DNA from: an uncultured Bacillales bacterium
Lineage (GTDB): Bacteria; Bacillota_I; Bacilli_A; RFN20; CAG-288
Direction of reading: 5' to 3'
Length of the DNA stretch: 64,000 nt
NCBI GenBank assembly: GCA_937874465.1
Contig: CALNAX010000069.1
Coordinates: forward strand, 8,669-72,668
Below, one piece after another: positions 16,415 through 25,504 of the stretch. The translations under genes were made by a program, and so were the position numbers. Every line of letters begins with the position of its first letter. Position 1 is the first letter of the stretch. The notes beneath the pieces are model-generated. The model made no database searches. It was given only the letters and a program-made list of their open reading frames with translations, and was not told where the DNA came from.

Positions 16415-18997
16415 ATGGCAATTGAAATGGACAAGAACTTCGACCATGTCAAGGCCGAAAAGGGGCGGGAAGAGTTTTGGATCGATCATGGCTACTTCAA
16501 GGCCGGCAAAGACAGCAAGGCCTTGGCCAAGAAGCCTTTCTCTTTGATCGTGCCCCCTCCCAATGTCACCGGCAAACTTCACATCGGACATGCCAAGGAC
16601 AACACGGAGCAGGACATAATTGCCCGCTACCGCCGCCTCTTGGGCTATGACGTCTTGTATCTGCCTGGCATGGACCATGCCGGCATCGCTACCCAGGCCA
16701 AGGTCGAGGCCAAGCTTCGGGCCGAGGGAAAGGACAAGTACAAGTTGGGACGGGAGGGCTTCCTCAAAGCGGCCTGGGACTGGAAGGACGAATACTCCAA
16801 GAGGATCTATTCCCAGTGGTTGGCCTTGGGTCTGTCCTTGGACTACTCCAAGCTCCGCTTCACCCTTGATCCCGGGATGCAGAAAGCCGTCGCCCACGTC
16901 TTCAAGACCCTCTATGACCAAGGCTTGATCTATCAGGGGGAGAGGATAATCAACTGGGATCCGGTCCTTAAGACCGCCTTGTCGAACATCGAGGTCATCC
17001 ACAAGGACATTCCCGGTAAATTCTACTATTTCAAGTACGTCTCCAAGGACGATCCGACCTTCTTCCTGACCGTGGCCACCACCCGCCCGGAGACCATGTT
17101 CGGCGATACCGCCCTGGTCGTGAATCCCAAGGATGGCCGCTATGCCAAGTATGTCGGCAGGGAATTCGTCAATCCGGCCAATGGCCAACTTTTGCCCTTG
17201 ATTGCCGACCGTTACGTGACCACTGATTTTGGGACCGGCGTAATGAAGTGCACCCCCGCGCATGACCCCAACGATTTCAACATCGGCCTCAGGCATCATC
17301 TCAAGATGCCCATCATCATGAACGAGGACGGCACGATGAACAAGTTGTGCGGGGAATATGCAGGCTTGGATCGCTTCGATTGCCGCGACAAGTTGGTTGC
17401 CAAGATAAAATCCGACGGTAATTTGATAAAGATTGACGATATCGTTCACAATGTCGGCCATTCCGAGAGAAGCGGGGCCATCGTCGAGCCCTACCTTTGC
17501 AAACAATGGTTCGTGAAGATGAAGCCCTTGGCCCAGGCGGTGGACAAGATCCAGCACTCCCCTAAGCGGACCAGGTTCTTCCCGGCGAGGTTTGCCAAGA
17601 CCTTCCAGCGGTGGCTCGATACCACCGAGGACTGGTGCATTTCCCGTCAGCTTTGGTGGGGCCATCGAATCCCCGTCTATACCAATAGGGAGACCAAGCA
17701 GGTGGTCTGCTCGGAAACACCCCTGGATCCGGCGAAATGGGACCAGGACCCCGACGTATTGGACACCTGGTTCTCGTCGGGTCTGGCGCCTTTCGCCTTC
17801 CTGGGATGGCCCGACAAGACCGACCTCTTGAAGCGCTACTATCCCCTGGACGTTCTCGATACCGGCTACGACATAATCTTCTTCTGGGTGGCCAGGATGG
17901 CCTTCGATGGCGTGCATTTCACCGGCAAGATGCCCTTCAAGGCCGTGGTGCTCCATGGTTTGCTGCGGGATAGCCAGGGCCGGAAGATGTCCAAGTCCTT
18001 GGGCAATGGCATCGACCCGTTTGACATCATCGACAAATATGGCTGCGATGCCTTGAGGTGGGCCCTGTCCTCATCGGGTGCTCCCGGTTTGGATCTGCCC
18101 GTGGGCGACAAGAACTGGGAAAATGCCAAGGAGTTCATCAACAAGGTCTGGAACGCGTCGAGATTCGTCTTGGCTTCCCTGCCTGAGGGCTTCGCCTTCC
18201 GCAAGCCCAAGCCCGCTGACCTGTCCTTCATCGACGTCTGGCTTTATAGCCGCCTGGACAAAGCCCTCAAGGGCTATCGCAGGAACATGGACAAGTACGA
18301 GCATGGCCAGGCGGCCAAATACCTCTATGACTTCATCTACGACGATTTCTGCGGCAATTACCTTGAATGGTCCAAGGTAGACATCCAGGGCGGCGACAAG
18401 AAGCGGCAGGGAGTGGTACGGAATGTCTTGGTCGACGTCTTGATCTCGATACTCATGCTTTTGTTCCCCTTCTGCCCGTTCGTCACCGAGCAGATCTACT
18501 CCTTCGTCCCCGGCCACAAGGACTCCCTCTTCGACCTTCCGTTCCCCAAGCCTTTCCCCAAGGTCTCTAAGACCTATGCGGCCTTGGGGAATCATCTCGA
18601 TGGGATGATAAAGTACGTCCGCAACTTCAAGGCCGACAATGGCATGGCGCCCAATGCCCAGGTCGATTTGGTCTTGAAGGCCAAGGCGCTTACTGCCACG
18701 AGGCTTAAGCCCTACCTGATTCGCTTCTCCTTCGCCAAGGACTTCACCATCGTCAGCGAGGACAGGGAGGGCATGAGGTACTTTGGTGGCATCGGCTTGC
18801 TCTTGAAGGCCTCTGACCAAAAGGCCCTGGAGGAGAAGATCGCCCAAAGGATCGCCTTCCTCAATGGCGAGATCGCCAGGGGCGAGCGTCTTCTTTCCAA
18901 CCAGAACTTCGTGGCCAAAGCCAATCCCAAGGTGGTAGACAACGAGCGTCGGAAACTCGCTGCCAACAAGGAAGAACTGGCAAAGTATTCAAAGTAG
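16415..18997 (+). CDS. valS: valine--tRNA ligase
   Basis: HIGH region PPPNVTGKLHIGHA, KMSKS motif KMSKSLGN, and a C-terminal coiled coil. Start set at MAIEMDKNFDHV (ATG 16415). The 64 upstream codons in the track cover the T-box leader. Confidence 0.96.
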   Translation: MAIEMDKNFDHVKAEKGREEFWIDHGYFKAGKDSKALAKKPFSLIVPPPNVTGKLHIGHAKDNTEQDIIARYRRLLGYDVLYLPGMDHAGIATQAKVEAKLRAEGKDKYKLGREGFLKAAWDWKDEYSKRIYSQWLALGLSLDYSKLRFTLDPGMQKAVAHVFKTLYDQGLIYQGERIINWDPVLKTALSNIEVIHKDIPGKFYYFKYVSKDDPTFFLTVATTRPETMFGDTALVVNPKDGRYAKYVGREFVNPANGQLLPLIADRYVTTDFGTGVMKCTPAHDPNDFNIGLRHHLKMPIIMNEDGTMNKLCGEYAGLDRFDCRDKLVAKIKSDGNLIKIDDIVHNVGHSERSGAIVEPYLCKQWFVKMKPLAQAVDKIQHSPKRTRFFPARFAKTFQRWLDTTEDWCISRQLWWGHRIPVYTNRETKQVVCSETPLDPAKWDQDPDVLDTWFSSGLAPFAFLGWPDKTDLLKRYYPLDVLDTGYDIIFFWVARMAFDGVHFTGKMPFKAVVLHGLLRDSQGRKMSKSLGNGIDPFDIIDKYGCDALRWALSSSGAPGLDLPVGDKNWENAKEFINKVWNASRFVLASLPEGFAFRKPKPADLSFIDVWLYSRLDKALKGYRRNMDKYEHGQAAKYLYDFIYDDFCGNYLEWSKVDIQGGDKKRQGVVRNVLVDVLISILMLLFPFCPFVTEQIYSFVPGHKDSLFDLPFPKPFPKVSKTYAALGNHLDGMIKYVRNFKADNGMAPNAQVDLVLKAKALTATRLKPYLIRFSFAKDFTIVSEDREGMRYFGGIGLLLKASDQKALEEKIAQRIAFLNGEIARGERLLSNQNFVAKANPKVVDNERRKLAANKEELAKYSK

Positions 18998-19018
18998 TGC
19001 CACTGCGAAATCGAAGGG

Positions 19019-19050
19019 TCCTCCGCCTATTTAAAGGGCGGAGGATTTTT
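19019..19050 (+). terminator. intrinsic terminator after valS
   Basis: Perfect 9-bp stem TCCTCCGCC / GGCGGAGGA with a 9-nt loop, followed by TTTTT. Confidence 0.8.
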
Positions 19051-19052
19051 CT

Positions 19053-19226
19053 ATGGAAATGACCAAGGAAGAGATGGCGCTGGTCAAAGGCGGTGAGGCC
19101 ATAACCCTTACGGCGATAATGGCCCTGTTGGCGATAGCGATAGTGACCGTGGTGGTATACAAGATCTTCCGTTCGGACGGGGATAGCAAGATCATCCTTC
19201 CGGGTGGTTTTACCTTCCAATGGTAA
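19053..19226 (+). CDS. 57-aa small hydrophobic peptide with a double-glycine-leader-like N-terminus
   Basis: Below the ORF-track size cut-off. Hand translation: MEMTKEEMALVKGG EAITLTAIMALLAIAIVTVVVYKIFRSDGDSKIILPGGFTFQW. GGAGGA lies 7 nt upstream of the ATG and forms the 3' arm of the valS terminator. The TAA stop is 3 nt before the radC ATG. Confidence 0.5.
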   Translation: MEMTKEEMALVKGGEAITLTAIMALLAIAIVTVVVYKIFRSDGDSKIILPGGFTFQW

Positions 19227-19229
19227 AAG

Positions 19230-19931
19230 ATGGGGATCAAGGACTTGCCGTTGGGCCAAAGGCCCCGTGAGAAGGCCTTGTTCCAAGGCTTGGGGGTGTT
19301 GTCGGATGGAGAGCTTTTGGCACTCGTAATCCAGAGTGGGACTTGTAGTGAGAGCGCCTTGGCCTTGGCCAACAGGCTGTTGGAAGAGAGAGGCGGCCTT
19401 TCGGGCATGGCGGCCCAAGAACCGCTTTCCTTTTTGACCAAGGGCATCAGCAAAGCCAAGGCCCTTAAGATCGGGGCCTGCTTCGAACTGGGGAAACGGG
19501 TTTGGCAATATCAGCTAAGGGAGCAGGGCCTTTCCACTCCCGTGGAATGGGCCCGGTATTTCAAGACACTGAGCGAAAGGAACCGGGAAAGGCCCTTGGC
19601 CTTGATCCTGGACAAGCACCTTACGCCCTTGCGATTGGTCTCTTTGGGAGAAGGCGGTGAGAGCCGCTGCTATGTTCAGCCCAAGGATCTGGCGGTTCAG
19701 GCCCTTCAGGCGAAAGGTTCTTTCGTCATCCTTTGCCATTGCCACCCTTCACAAAATCCCAAGCCCTCCCTGGAAGACTTGAAAAGCACGGTGGCGTTAT
19801 CGCGCTATTTGACCACGGTTGGCCTGGTGCTTAAAGACCATTTGATCATCGCGAAGGCTTGCTTTTATTCCTTTGCCACCGATGGCATCACAGATTACGA
19901 AGGCAACGCCGCTGACGAAAACTCTCCCTGA
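19230..19931 (+). CDS. radC: RadC-like JAB-domain protein
   Basis: N-terminal PREKALFQG...LSDGELLALVI (HhH region) and a C-terminal JAB motif ILCHCHPSQNPKPSLEDL. Confidence 0.88.
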   Translation: MGIKDLPLGQRPREKALFQGLGVLSDGELLALVIQSGTCSESALALANRLLEERGGLSGMAAQEPLSFLTKGISKAKALKIGACFELGKRVWQYQLREQGLSTPVEWARYFKTLSERNRERPLALILDKHLTPLRLVSLGEGGESRCYVQPKDLAVQALQAKGSFVILCHCHPSQNPKPSLEDLKSTVALSRYLTTVGLVLKDHLIIAKACFYSFATDGITDYEGNAADENSP

Positions 19932-19984
19932 ATGGAGATGGGCCCTTGTTTACAATATAATGTTAGGGAAAGAGGAGTCGGCGA

Positions 19985-20689
19985 ATGGGTTCTGCGGAAG
20001 TAAGCCTGAAGATAGGGAACGATTGGGACGAAGCGCTTTTGGGTCTTGGTCCCACGGTGGACCTAAAGGGACTCTTAGAAGGCCTTGACGAAGCTTTTGC
20101 CAAATACCCCGGACAGGTAAACCCGCCCGCCGCCGACGTCTTCAGGGCGTTTCGGGAGACGCCCCTTGCGAAAGTGAAGGTGGTGATGATCGGCCAGGAC
20201 CCCTATCCCGGCCATGGGGTGGCTGATGGCTTGGCCTTTTCGGCTCGGGCCCAACGGCAAGCCCCCGCTTCTTTGGTTAATCTCAACCGGGAGTGGAACG
20301 CCGAATTCCACAAGGACATGCCTATCAGGAACGACCTGACCTATTTGGCAAACCAAGGGGTATTTCTCTACAACACCTGTCTGATATCCAAAGATGGAAC
20401 GCCGATGTTCTTTGCAGGCAATGAGATTTTCAGCGTTTTTTCGCAAGCCGTGATAGCCAAGATATCGGAAGCGAGGGAACATGTGGTCTTCATCTTGCTG
20501 GGACGTCAGGCCCAAAAATACGAGGCGGCCATCGACAATGCCAAGCACGTGGTGCTCAAGGCGGCCCATCCCTCCCCCTTGTCGGCCAACAAGGGGTTCT
20601 TCGGTTCGGGTATTTTCCGGGAATGCAACAAGGACCTATCGGGCCTCGGCCTTTTGCCCATCGATTGGCTGGGCCTCTCTTTGGTTTAG
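19985..20689 (+). CDS. ung: uracil-DNA glycosylase (family 1)
   Basis: VVMIGQDPYPGHGVADGLAFS and AAHPSPLSA motifs. Confidence 0.93.
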   Translation: MGSAEVSLKIGNDWDEALLGLGPTVDLKGLLEGLDEAFAKYPGQVNPPAADVFRAFRETPLAKVKVVMIGQDPYPGHGVADGLAFSARAQRQAPASLVNLNREWNAEFHKDMPIRNDLTYLANQGVFLYNTCLISKDGTPMFFAGNEIFSVFSQAVIAKISEAREHVVFILLGRQAQKYEAAIDNAKHVVLKAAHPSPLSANKGFFGSGIFRECNKDLSGLGLLPIDWLGLSLV

Positions 20690-20697
20690 GGGGTCAT

Positions 20698-21849
20698 ATG
20701 AGAATCCTTCACACAGCCGATCTCCATATCGGCAAGATGCTTAACGAATGGGATCTCCTTGACGATACCAAGCATGTCCTTGGCCAGGTCTGCCAGATCG
20801 CCGAAAGGGAAAAGGTGGATTTGGTGGTGTTGGCAGGGGACATCTTCGACCGCTCCGTGCCGTCCGACAGGGCCTTGAAGGCCTATGGCGACTTTCTGTC
20901 CCGCTTGATCAACGACGACCATCTCAGGGTTTTGGCCATCGCCGGGAACCACGATTCCGACGTGAGGCTTGGTGCGTATGGTTCCCTTTTGGAGAGGTCG
21001 GGCTATATGGTGGCATCCAGGTATGAGGGGCGGATCGTCAAAGTCCCGTTGAGCGACGAATTCGGGACCGTCGTCTTCTGGTTGCTGCCTTTCTTCCAGC
21101 CGGCGGAGATCAAGACCATGCTGGGCCTGGAAAAGCCCTTGAGCCAGTTTACCGACAATGAAGCCTTCAAGGCCATATTGAGCCGGGAAAAGGTGGATCA
21201 ATCGGTGAGAAACGTGATGGTGATGCATCAGTTCGTCGCCGGATATGAGCCTTCGGGTTCCGAGGAACCGGGCCTCGCGATGGCCGAGGTGGCGGGCCTT
21301 TCCAACATCGCCGTCAACAACCTCGCCCCCTTCGACTACGTGGCGTTGGGTCATGTGCATCGGCCGGAAAGCATCGGGCGGAAGACCATTAGGTATTCCG
21401 GCTCCCTATTGGGGTACAAGATCAGCGAGTGCGGCGCTAGGGGGAAGTCGGTAACGATCGTGGATTTGAAGCAAAAGGGGGACGTGGGGATAAAGGAGGT
21501 ACCCATAGTCCCCCTTCATCCCCTTAGGGAGGTCAGCGGGACCTTTGACCAGATAATGGGGCTTCGTCCGGACCGGGAGAGTTTCGTCTTCGTCCACCTG
21601 TTGGACGAAAACGTGGTCAACCAGGCTGCGAACAGGCTTGCCGCGGTCTTCCCCCGCTATCTGAGCATCGATTACCCTAACCAAAAGCCCAGCGATGGCC
21701 CATTGACGATGCCCCAGTTTGCAGAGCTGGACCCAATAGAGTTCCTGAAGGAGTTCTACAGGGAACGCACCGGGAGGGATTTGAAGGACCAGGACCTGGA
21801 CTTGGTCAGGAAAGTCCTTGACGGTTTGGGAAAGGAGGATCCAAGATGA
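20698..21849 (+). CDS. sbcD: exonuclease SbcD (Mre11-type nuclease subunit)
   Basis: MRILHTADLHIGK, LAGDIFD, GNHDS and GHVH phosphoesterase motifs. ATG 20698 follows GGGGG; the upstream extension in the track overlaps ung. Confidence 0.9.
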   Translation: MRILHTADLHIGKMLNEWDLLDDTKHVLGQVCQIAEREKVDLVVLAGDIFDRSVPSDRALKAYGDFLSRLINDDHLRVLAIAGNHDSDVRLGAYGSLLERSGYMVASRYEGRIVKVPLSDEFGTVVFWLLPFFQPAEIKTMLGLEKPLSQFTDNEAFKAILSREKVDQSVRNVMVMHQFVAGYEPSGSEEPGLAMAEVAGLSNIAVNNLAPFDYVALGHVHRPESIGRKTIRYSGSLLGYKISECGARGKSVTIVDLKQKGDVGIKEVPIVPLHPLREVSGTFDQIMGLRPDRESFVFVHLLDENVVNQAANRLAAVFPRYLSIDYPNQKPSDGPLTMPQFAELDPIEFLKEFYRERTGRDLKDQDLDLVRKVLDGLGKEDPR

Positions 21850-24656
21850 GACCTTTGCTTTTGACGCTGCAGGCCTTCGAGTCATACCTCCAAAAGGCGG
21901 TGGTCGACTTCAGGCCCCTTGGAAGCCAGGGCTTGTTTTTGATCGATGGCCCGACCGGGGCCGGGAAGACGACCATCTTCCAGGCCATGCTTTTCGCCTT
22001 CTATGGCTGCACGACCGACCCCGACAACGTAAAGCCCGAGGACCTAAGGACCATTGGGGCGCCTTTGGATGTGGCCACCTTCGTTGAACTTTCCTTCGTC
22101 CATCTCGGAAGGACCTACAAGATCTATCGTGAGCCCAAGCAGCTGCTGCGCAAGGAACGGGGCGAGGGCGAGGGGTGGCGCAAGGCCAATGCCTTCCTTT
22201 GGGAAGAGAAGGACGATGGCAAGGAGGAAATGCTTGCCAAGGGGATCGACCAGGTAAACCAGGCCGTCATGGACCTTTTGCGCCTTAACGCCGATCAGTT
22301 CCAAAAGGTGGTCTTGATTCCCCAAGGCGAGTTCCGGAAAGTCATAGTCGACAAGACCGTGAACAGGCAGGAGATATTCCGGAAGATCTTCCATACCGAG
22401 ATCTACGACGAATTCGCCCAGTCGCTCAACGACCTGGCCATTCAGGCCAAGACCGCCTTGTCCCAAAGCCTTGCTGCCCAAGACGCCGCTTTCGCCCAGG
22501 CGAAGGTCAAGGACGACGATGGGGGCCTTTTGGAGAGGAAGCAGGACCTGGTCAGGCAAAGCACGTATGAAGAAAAGGAGACCTTCCTAAACGACTTGGT
22601 CTTGCGCTACAAGGGCCTCTCCCAGGAGAACCAGATCCTGGCCGCCAAATGGCAGAAGGAATTGTCTTCCCTTGCCTCGGAGAAGAAGGATTGCCTGACC
22701 TATCAGGAGGCCGTGGACGAAAAGACCCGGATGAGACTCGATCTAGACAGGGTTGAGAAAGGCCTAAGGGAGAACGAGGCGAAGCTTGCCGAATTCGAGA
22801 CCCTCAAACCCCAAATAGATGCCTGGAATGGCAAGATAGGGGCGATTGAAGCCAGATTGCCCGACTATGGGCGTCTGGAAAGCCTTCAGGTCGCCTTGGC
22901 CCAAGCCCGCCAGAGTGCCGCCGACAGCAGCAGGGGACTTTCTTCCAATCGCGACAGGCTTTCATATCTGCAGAATCGCCTGGCCCATGATCGAAAGGCG
23001 TTGATGGCGATCACCGAGGACCCTTTCGGCGAATTGAAGGAATTAGGCGCCAAAGAGCTCGCCTTGCAGAAGAAGGAAGACGGGCTACAGGCCCTGAAGC
23101 TGAACAAGGCCAACATTGATGACTTGGGGGAAGAAGTGGAGAAGGCCGAAGGGGAGGTCCTCAAGGCCACCGAGTCCAGTCAAAGGGCCGACGAGGAATA
23201 TGGAAAGGCCAAGGCGAACTATTACCGAAACCTGGCGGGGCAGGTGGCTCATGACTATCTAATCGATGGCAAGCCCTGTCCCGTCTGCGGTTCGTTGGAC
23301 CATCCCCTTCCGGCCAAGCTTGTCTCGGGAGCGATGACAAAGGCAGGGCTGGAGGAGAAGGCCGATGAGGTCATTGCCCTTTCTCGTGACTTGGCGGCAG
23401 CCGGCAAGGCGTTGGAGAACGCCCGCAGGGAAAAGGCGGAGGCCGTGAAGCTGGTGGTAGAAGGCCTCGCTGATTACGGCTGCAAAGGGTACGATGACAT
23501 TCCCTCCTGCCTGACTGCCATGGCCAAGGACGTCGGTACCGCGAAGTTCAAGCTGGACAGCGAGAAGGAGAGGCTTACCAAGCTCAGGGACGAGAAGGAA
23601 AGGCTTTCCGAAAGCGTCCAGGAGGAGAACGAGGCCATCGCCAAGCTGACCAAGGAAACCGAGGAGATGAATACCCTGCTCACCAAGTATTCGACCGAGG
23701 CTTCCCAATTCGACCAGTCGGCGACTGACTTGGCCAATTCGCTGCCATATCCCACCCGCGACCAGGCCAACGACGTCTTGGATGATTTGAGGGGCAAGGT
23801 CAAGGACAACCAGCGGGTCCTTGGCAATCTCCAGGCCAAGGAAGCGGATCTTAAGTTGGCCCAGGGCCAAAAGCAGGCCGGCTTCAACAAGGCCCAGGAG
23901 ACGATCGCGAAATTCGAGGACCAAGGGATCAGGCCTTTAAAGACGGTCGAAGAGGACCTAAGGAAGGCCCAAGCTGAGTTTGACCATTGCTCCGACTTGG
24001 GGCGGAAGTCCTATTCCCTTTGGGAAGCGGACGATTCGGCGCTCAAGGAACTCAGGAAGATTCATGGGGAAATTGCCGAGAAACAGGTCGAAGCCGATCG
24101 CATCGACGGTTTGTCCCAGGCCTTCTCCGGTCGCGTCAATGGCCAAGCCCGCACCTCCGTGGAAGCCTTCGTGCAGAGCCGTTACCTGGACTTGGTCTTG
24201 GCTAAGGCCAACGCCCGCTTCAGGCCGATGACCGGGGGCCGCTTCTACCTCGTGCGTTCCCAGGTGGCCTACGACAATGTGTCGAAGAGCGGGTTGGACA
24301 TAAACGTGTTCGATACATACCAGGGTGCGGAGCGCAAGGCCGCGACCCTTTCCGGTGGTGAGACCTTTTTGGCCGCCTTGGCTTTGGCGTTGGGCCTGGC
24401 CGATGAGGTGACCCAACGCTTCGGCGGAATACGTTTGGACTGCATGTTCATCGATGAGGGCTTCGGGACTTTGGATCAATCCCGCTTGGATGGCCTTTTG
24501 GACATATTGGTCCAGCAGACGGTTGGGGAGGGCAAGGTCTTGGTGGGACTGATCAGCCATGTCGAGGAACTCAACAGGCTAATTCCCAATAGGATCGAGG
24601 TCCGGAAGGACGCCTATGGCCATTCGTTTGCAAAAGTGGTTGGCAATGGCATATAA
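21846..24656 (+). CDS. sbcC: exonuclease SbcC (Rad50-type ATPase)
   Basis: Walker A GPTGAGKTTIF, a long coiled coil with zinc hook CPVCGSLDHP, signature LSGGETFLAALALALGL and Walker B MFIDEGFGTLD. It overlaps the sbcD stop by 4 nt. Confidence 0.9.
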   Translation: MRPLLLTLQAFESYLQKAVVDFRPLGSQGLFLIDGPTGAGKTTIFQAMLFAFYGCTTDPDNVKPEDLRTIGAPLDVATFVELSFVHLGRTYKIYREPKQLLRKERGEGEGWRKANAFLWEEKDDGKEEMLAKGIDQVNQAVMDLLRLNADQFQKVVLIPQGEFRKVIVDKTVNRQEIFRKIFHTEIYDEFAQSLNDLAIQAKTALSQSLAAQDAAFAQAKVKDDDGGLLERKQDLVRQSTYEEKETFLNDLVLRYKGLSQENQILAAKWQKELSSLASEKKDCLTYQEAVDEKTRMRLDLDRVEKGLRENEAKLAEFETLKPQIDAWNGKIGAIEARLPDYGRLESLQVALAQARQSAADSSRGLSSNRDRLSYLQNRLAHDRKALMAITEDPFGELKELGAKELALQKKEDGLQALKLNKANIDDLGEEVEKAEGEVLKATESSQRADEEYGKAKANYYRNLAGQVAHDYLIDGKPCPVCGSLDHPLPAKLVSGAMTKAGLEEKADEVIALSRDLAAAGKALENARREKAEAVKLVVEGLADYGCKGYDDIPSCLTAMAKDVGTAKFKLDSEKERLTKLRDEKERLSESVQEENEAIAKLTKETEEMNTLLTKYSTEASQFDQSATDLANSLPYPTRDQANDVLDDLRGKVKDNQRVLGNLQAKEADLKLAQGQKQAGFNKAQETIAKFEDQGIRPLKTVEEDLRKAQAEFDHCSDLGRKSYSLWEADDSALKELRKIHGEIAEKQVEADRIDGLSQAFSGRVNGQARTSVEAFVQSRYLDLVLAKANARFRPMTGGRFYLVRSQVAYDNVSKSGLDINVFDTYQGAERKAATLSGGETFLAALALALGLADEVTQRFGGIRLDCMFIDEGFGTLDQSRLDGLLDILVQQTVGEGKVLVGLISHVEELNRLIPNRIEVRKDAYGHSFAKVVGNGI

Positions 24657-24682
24657 AATGCCTTGGAAAAGGAGGCTGGGCC

Positions 24683-25153
24683 ATGATTGAAGAAGGAGAC
24701 ATCGCGCCTTCGTTCACCCTTGAGGGGTCGGATGGCAAGAGGCATTCCCTGGCGGAGTACAGGGGAAAGTTCGTGGTGCTTTACTTCTATCCCAAGGATC
24801 TGACGCCGGGCTGCTCGGTTGAGGCCCAGGAATTCAACGCCCTACAAAGGGAATTTGACAAAATGGGTGCCATAGTGATCGGGCTGTCCCGGGATTCCGT
24901 CTCGTCCCACCTTAGATTCATCGCCAAATACGGCCTGGGTTTCCTCTTGCTCTCCGATGGGGATGGCAAGGTCCATCGGGAATATGGGGTAACCAAGGCC
25001 AAGACCCTCTTCGGCCATAGCTATGTTGGTACCGTGAGGTCCACCTTCCTCATCGATCCGGATGGCAAGATCGCCAAGGCCATGTATGGGGTGAACCCCA
25101 AGGCCAATCCGGGCTTCGTCTGCTCCTTCCTAAAGAAGAGCAAAAAGGCCTGA
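24683..25153 (+). CDS. bcp: thiol peroxidase Bcp (peroxiredoxin)
   Basis: FYPKDLTPGCSVEA peroxidatic Cys motif; 156 aa; AAGGAGG RBS. Confidence 0.9.
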   Translation: MIEEGDIAPSFTLEGSDGKRHSLAEYRGKFVVLYFYPKDLTPGCSVEAQEFNALQREFDKMGAIVIGLSRDSVSSHLRFIAKYGLGFLLLSDGDGKVHREYGVTKAKTLFGHSYVGTVRSTFLIDPDGKIAKAMYGVNPKANPGFVCSFLKKSKKA

Positions 25154-25168
25154 CCGGACGGTCAGGCC
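25141..25168 (-). terminator. intrinsic terminator of the minus-strand small gene, overlapping the bcp 3' end
   Basis: Perfect 9-bp palindrome GGCCTGACC-ggac-GGTCAGGCC. On the minus strand it is followed by TTTTTG. The plus strand has no U-tract. Confidence 0.6.
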
Positions 25169-25186
25169 TCAACGCAATCGCCAACC

Positions 25187-25423
25187 CTACTTGTTCTTGT
25201 ACCATTTCTTGTGGATGTAATCCAAGGCCGAATCGAGGTCCTGTTCGTTGAGGGCCGCCATGCCGAACATATACGAAGGCATGGGCAAGGCATCGCCTTC
25301 GGCGAAAGACACCTCCGAGCCGACTGCGTTCTGGCCCTTCAGGATGAAATACTTGTTGTCGGCAATGACCAGGCTCTTTCCGTAATAGGATCCCAAGACC
25401 GTACCTTTAAGTTTTTCGCTCAT
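25187..25423 (-). CDS. small conserved protein of unknown function (paralogue of 15858..16136)
   Basis: Start set at MSEKLKG (ATG 25423), preceded by AAGGAAGGAG. Shares the LPMPSYMF..AA...DLDS.LD.I...W core with the other copy. Confidence 0.65.
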   Translation of the reverse strand: MSEKLKGTVLGSYYGKSLVIADNKYFILKGQNAVGSEVSFAEGDALPMPSYMFGMAALNEQDLDSALDYIHKKWYKNK

Positions 25424-25504
25424 TTGGTTTATCTCCTTCCTTGATATTATAGGCAAGAAAAGGGGCTTGAAAGGCAAAAGGCCATATTTTCGGAAAAAAA
25501 GCCC

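Noticed and set aside
16094-17956. 620-aa minus-strand ORF opposite valS
   Set aside because: It is exactly antisense to a motif-verified valS, and its composition is Gly/Pro/Arg/Leu junk with no family motifs. Long antisense ORFs recur throughout this GC-rich, codon-biased window.
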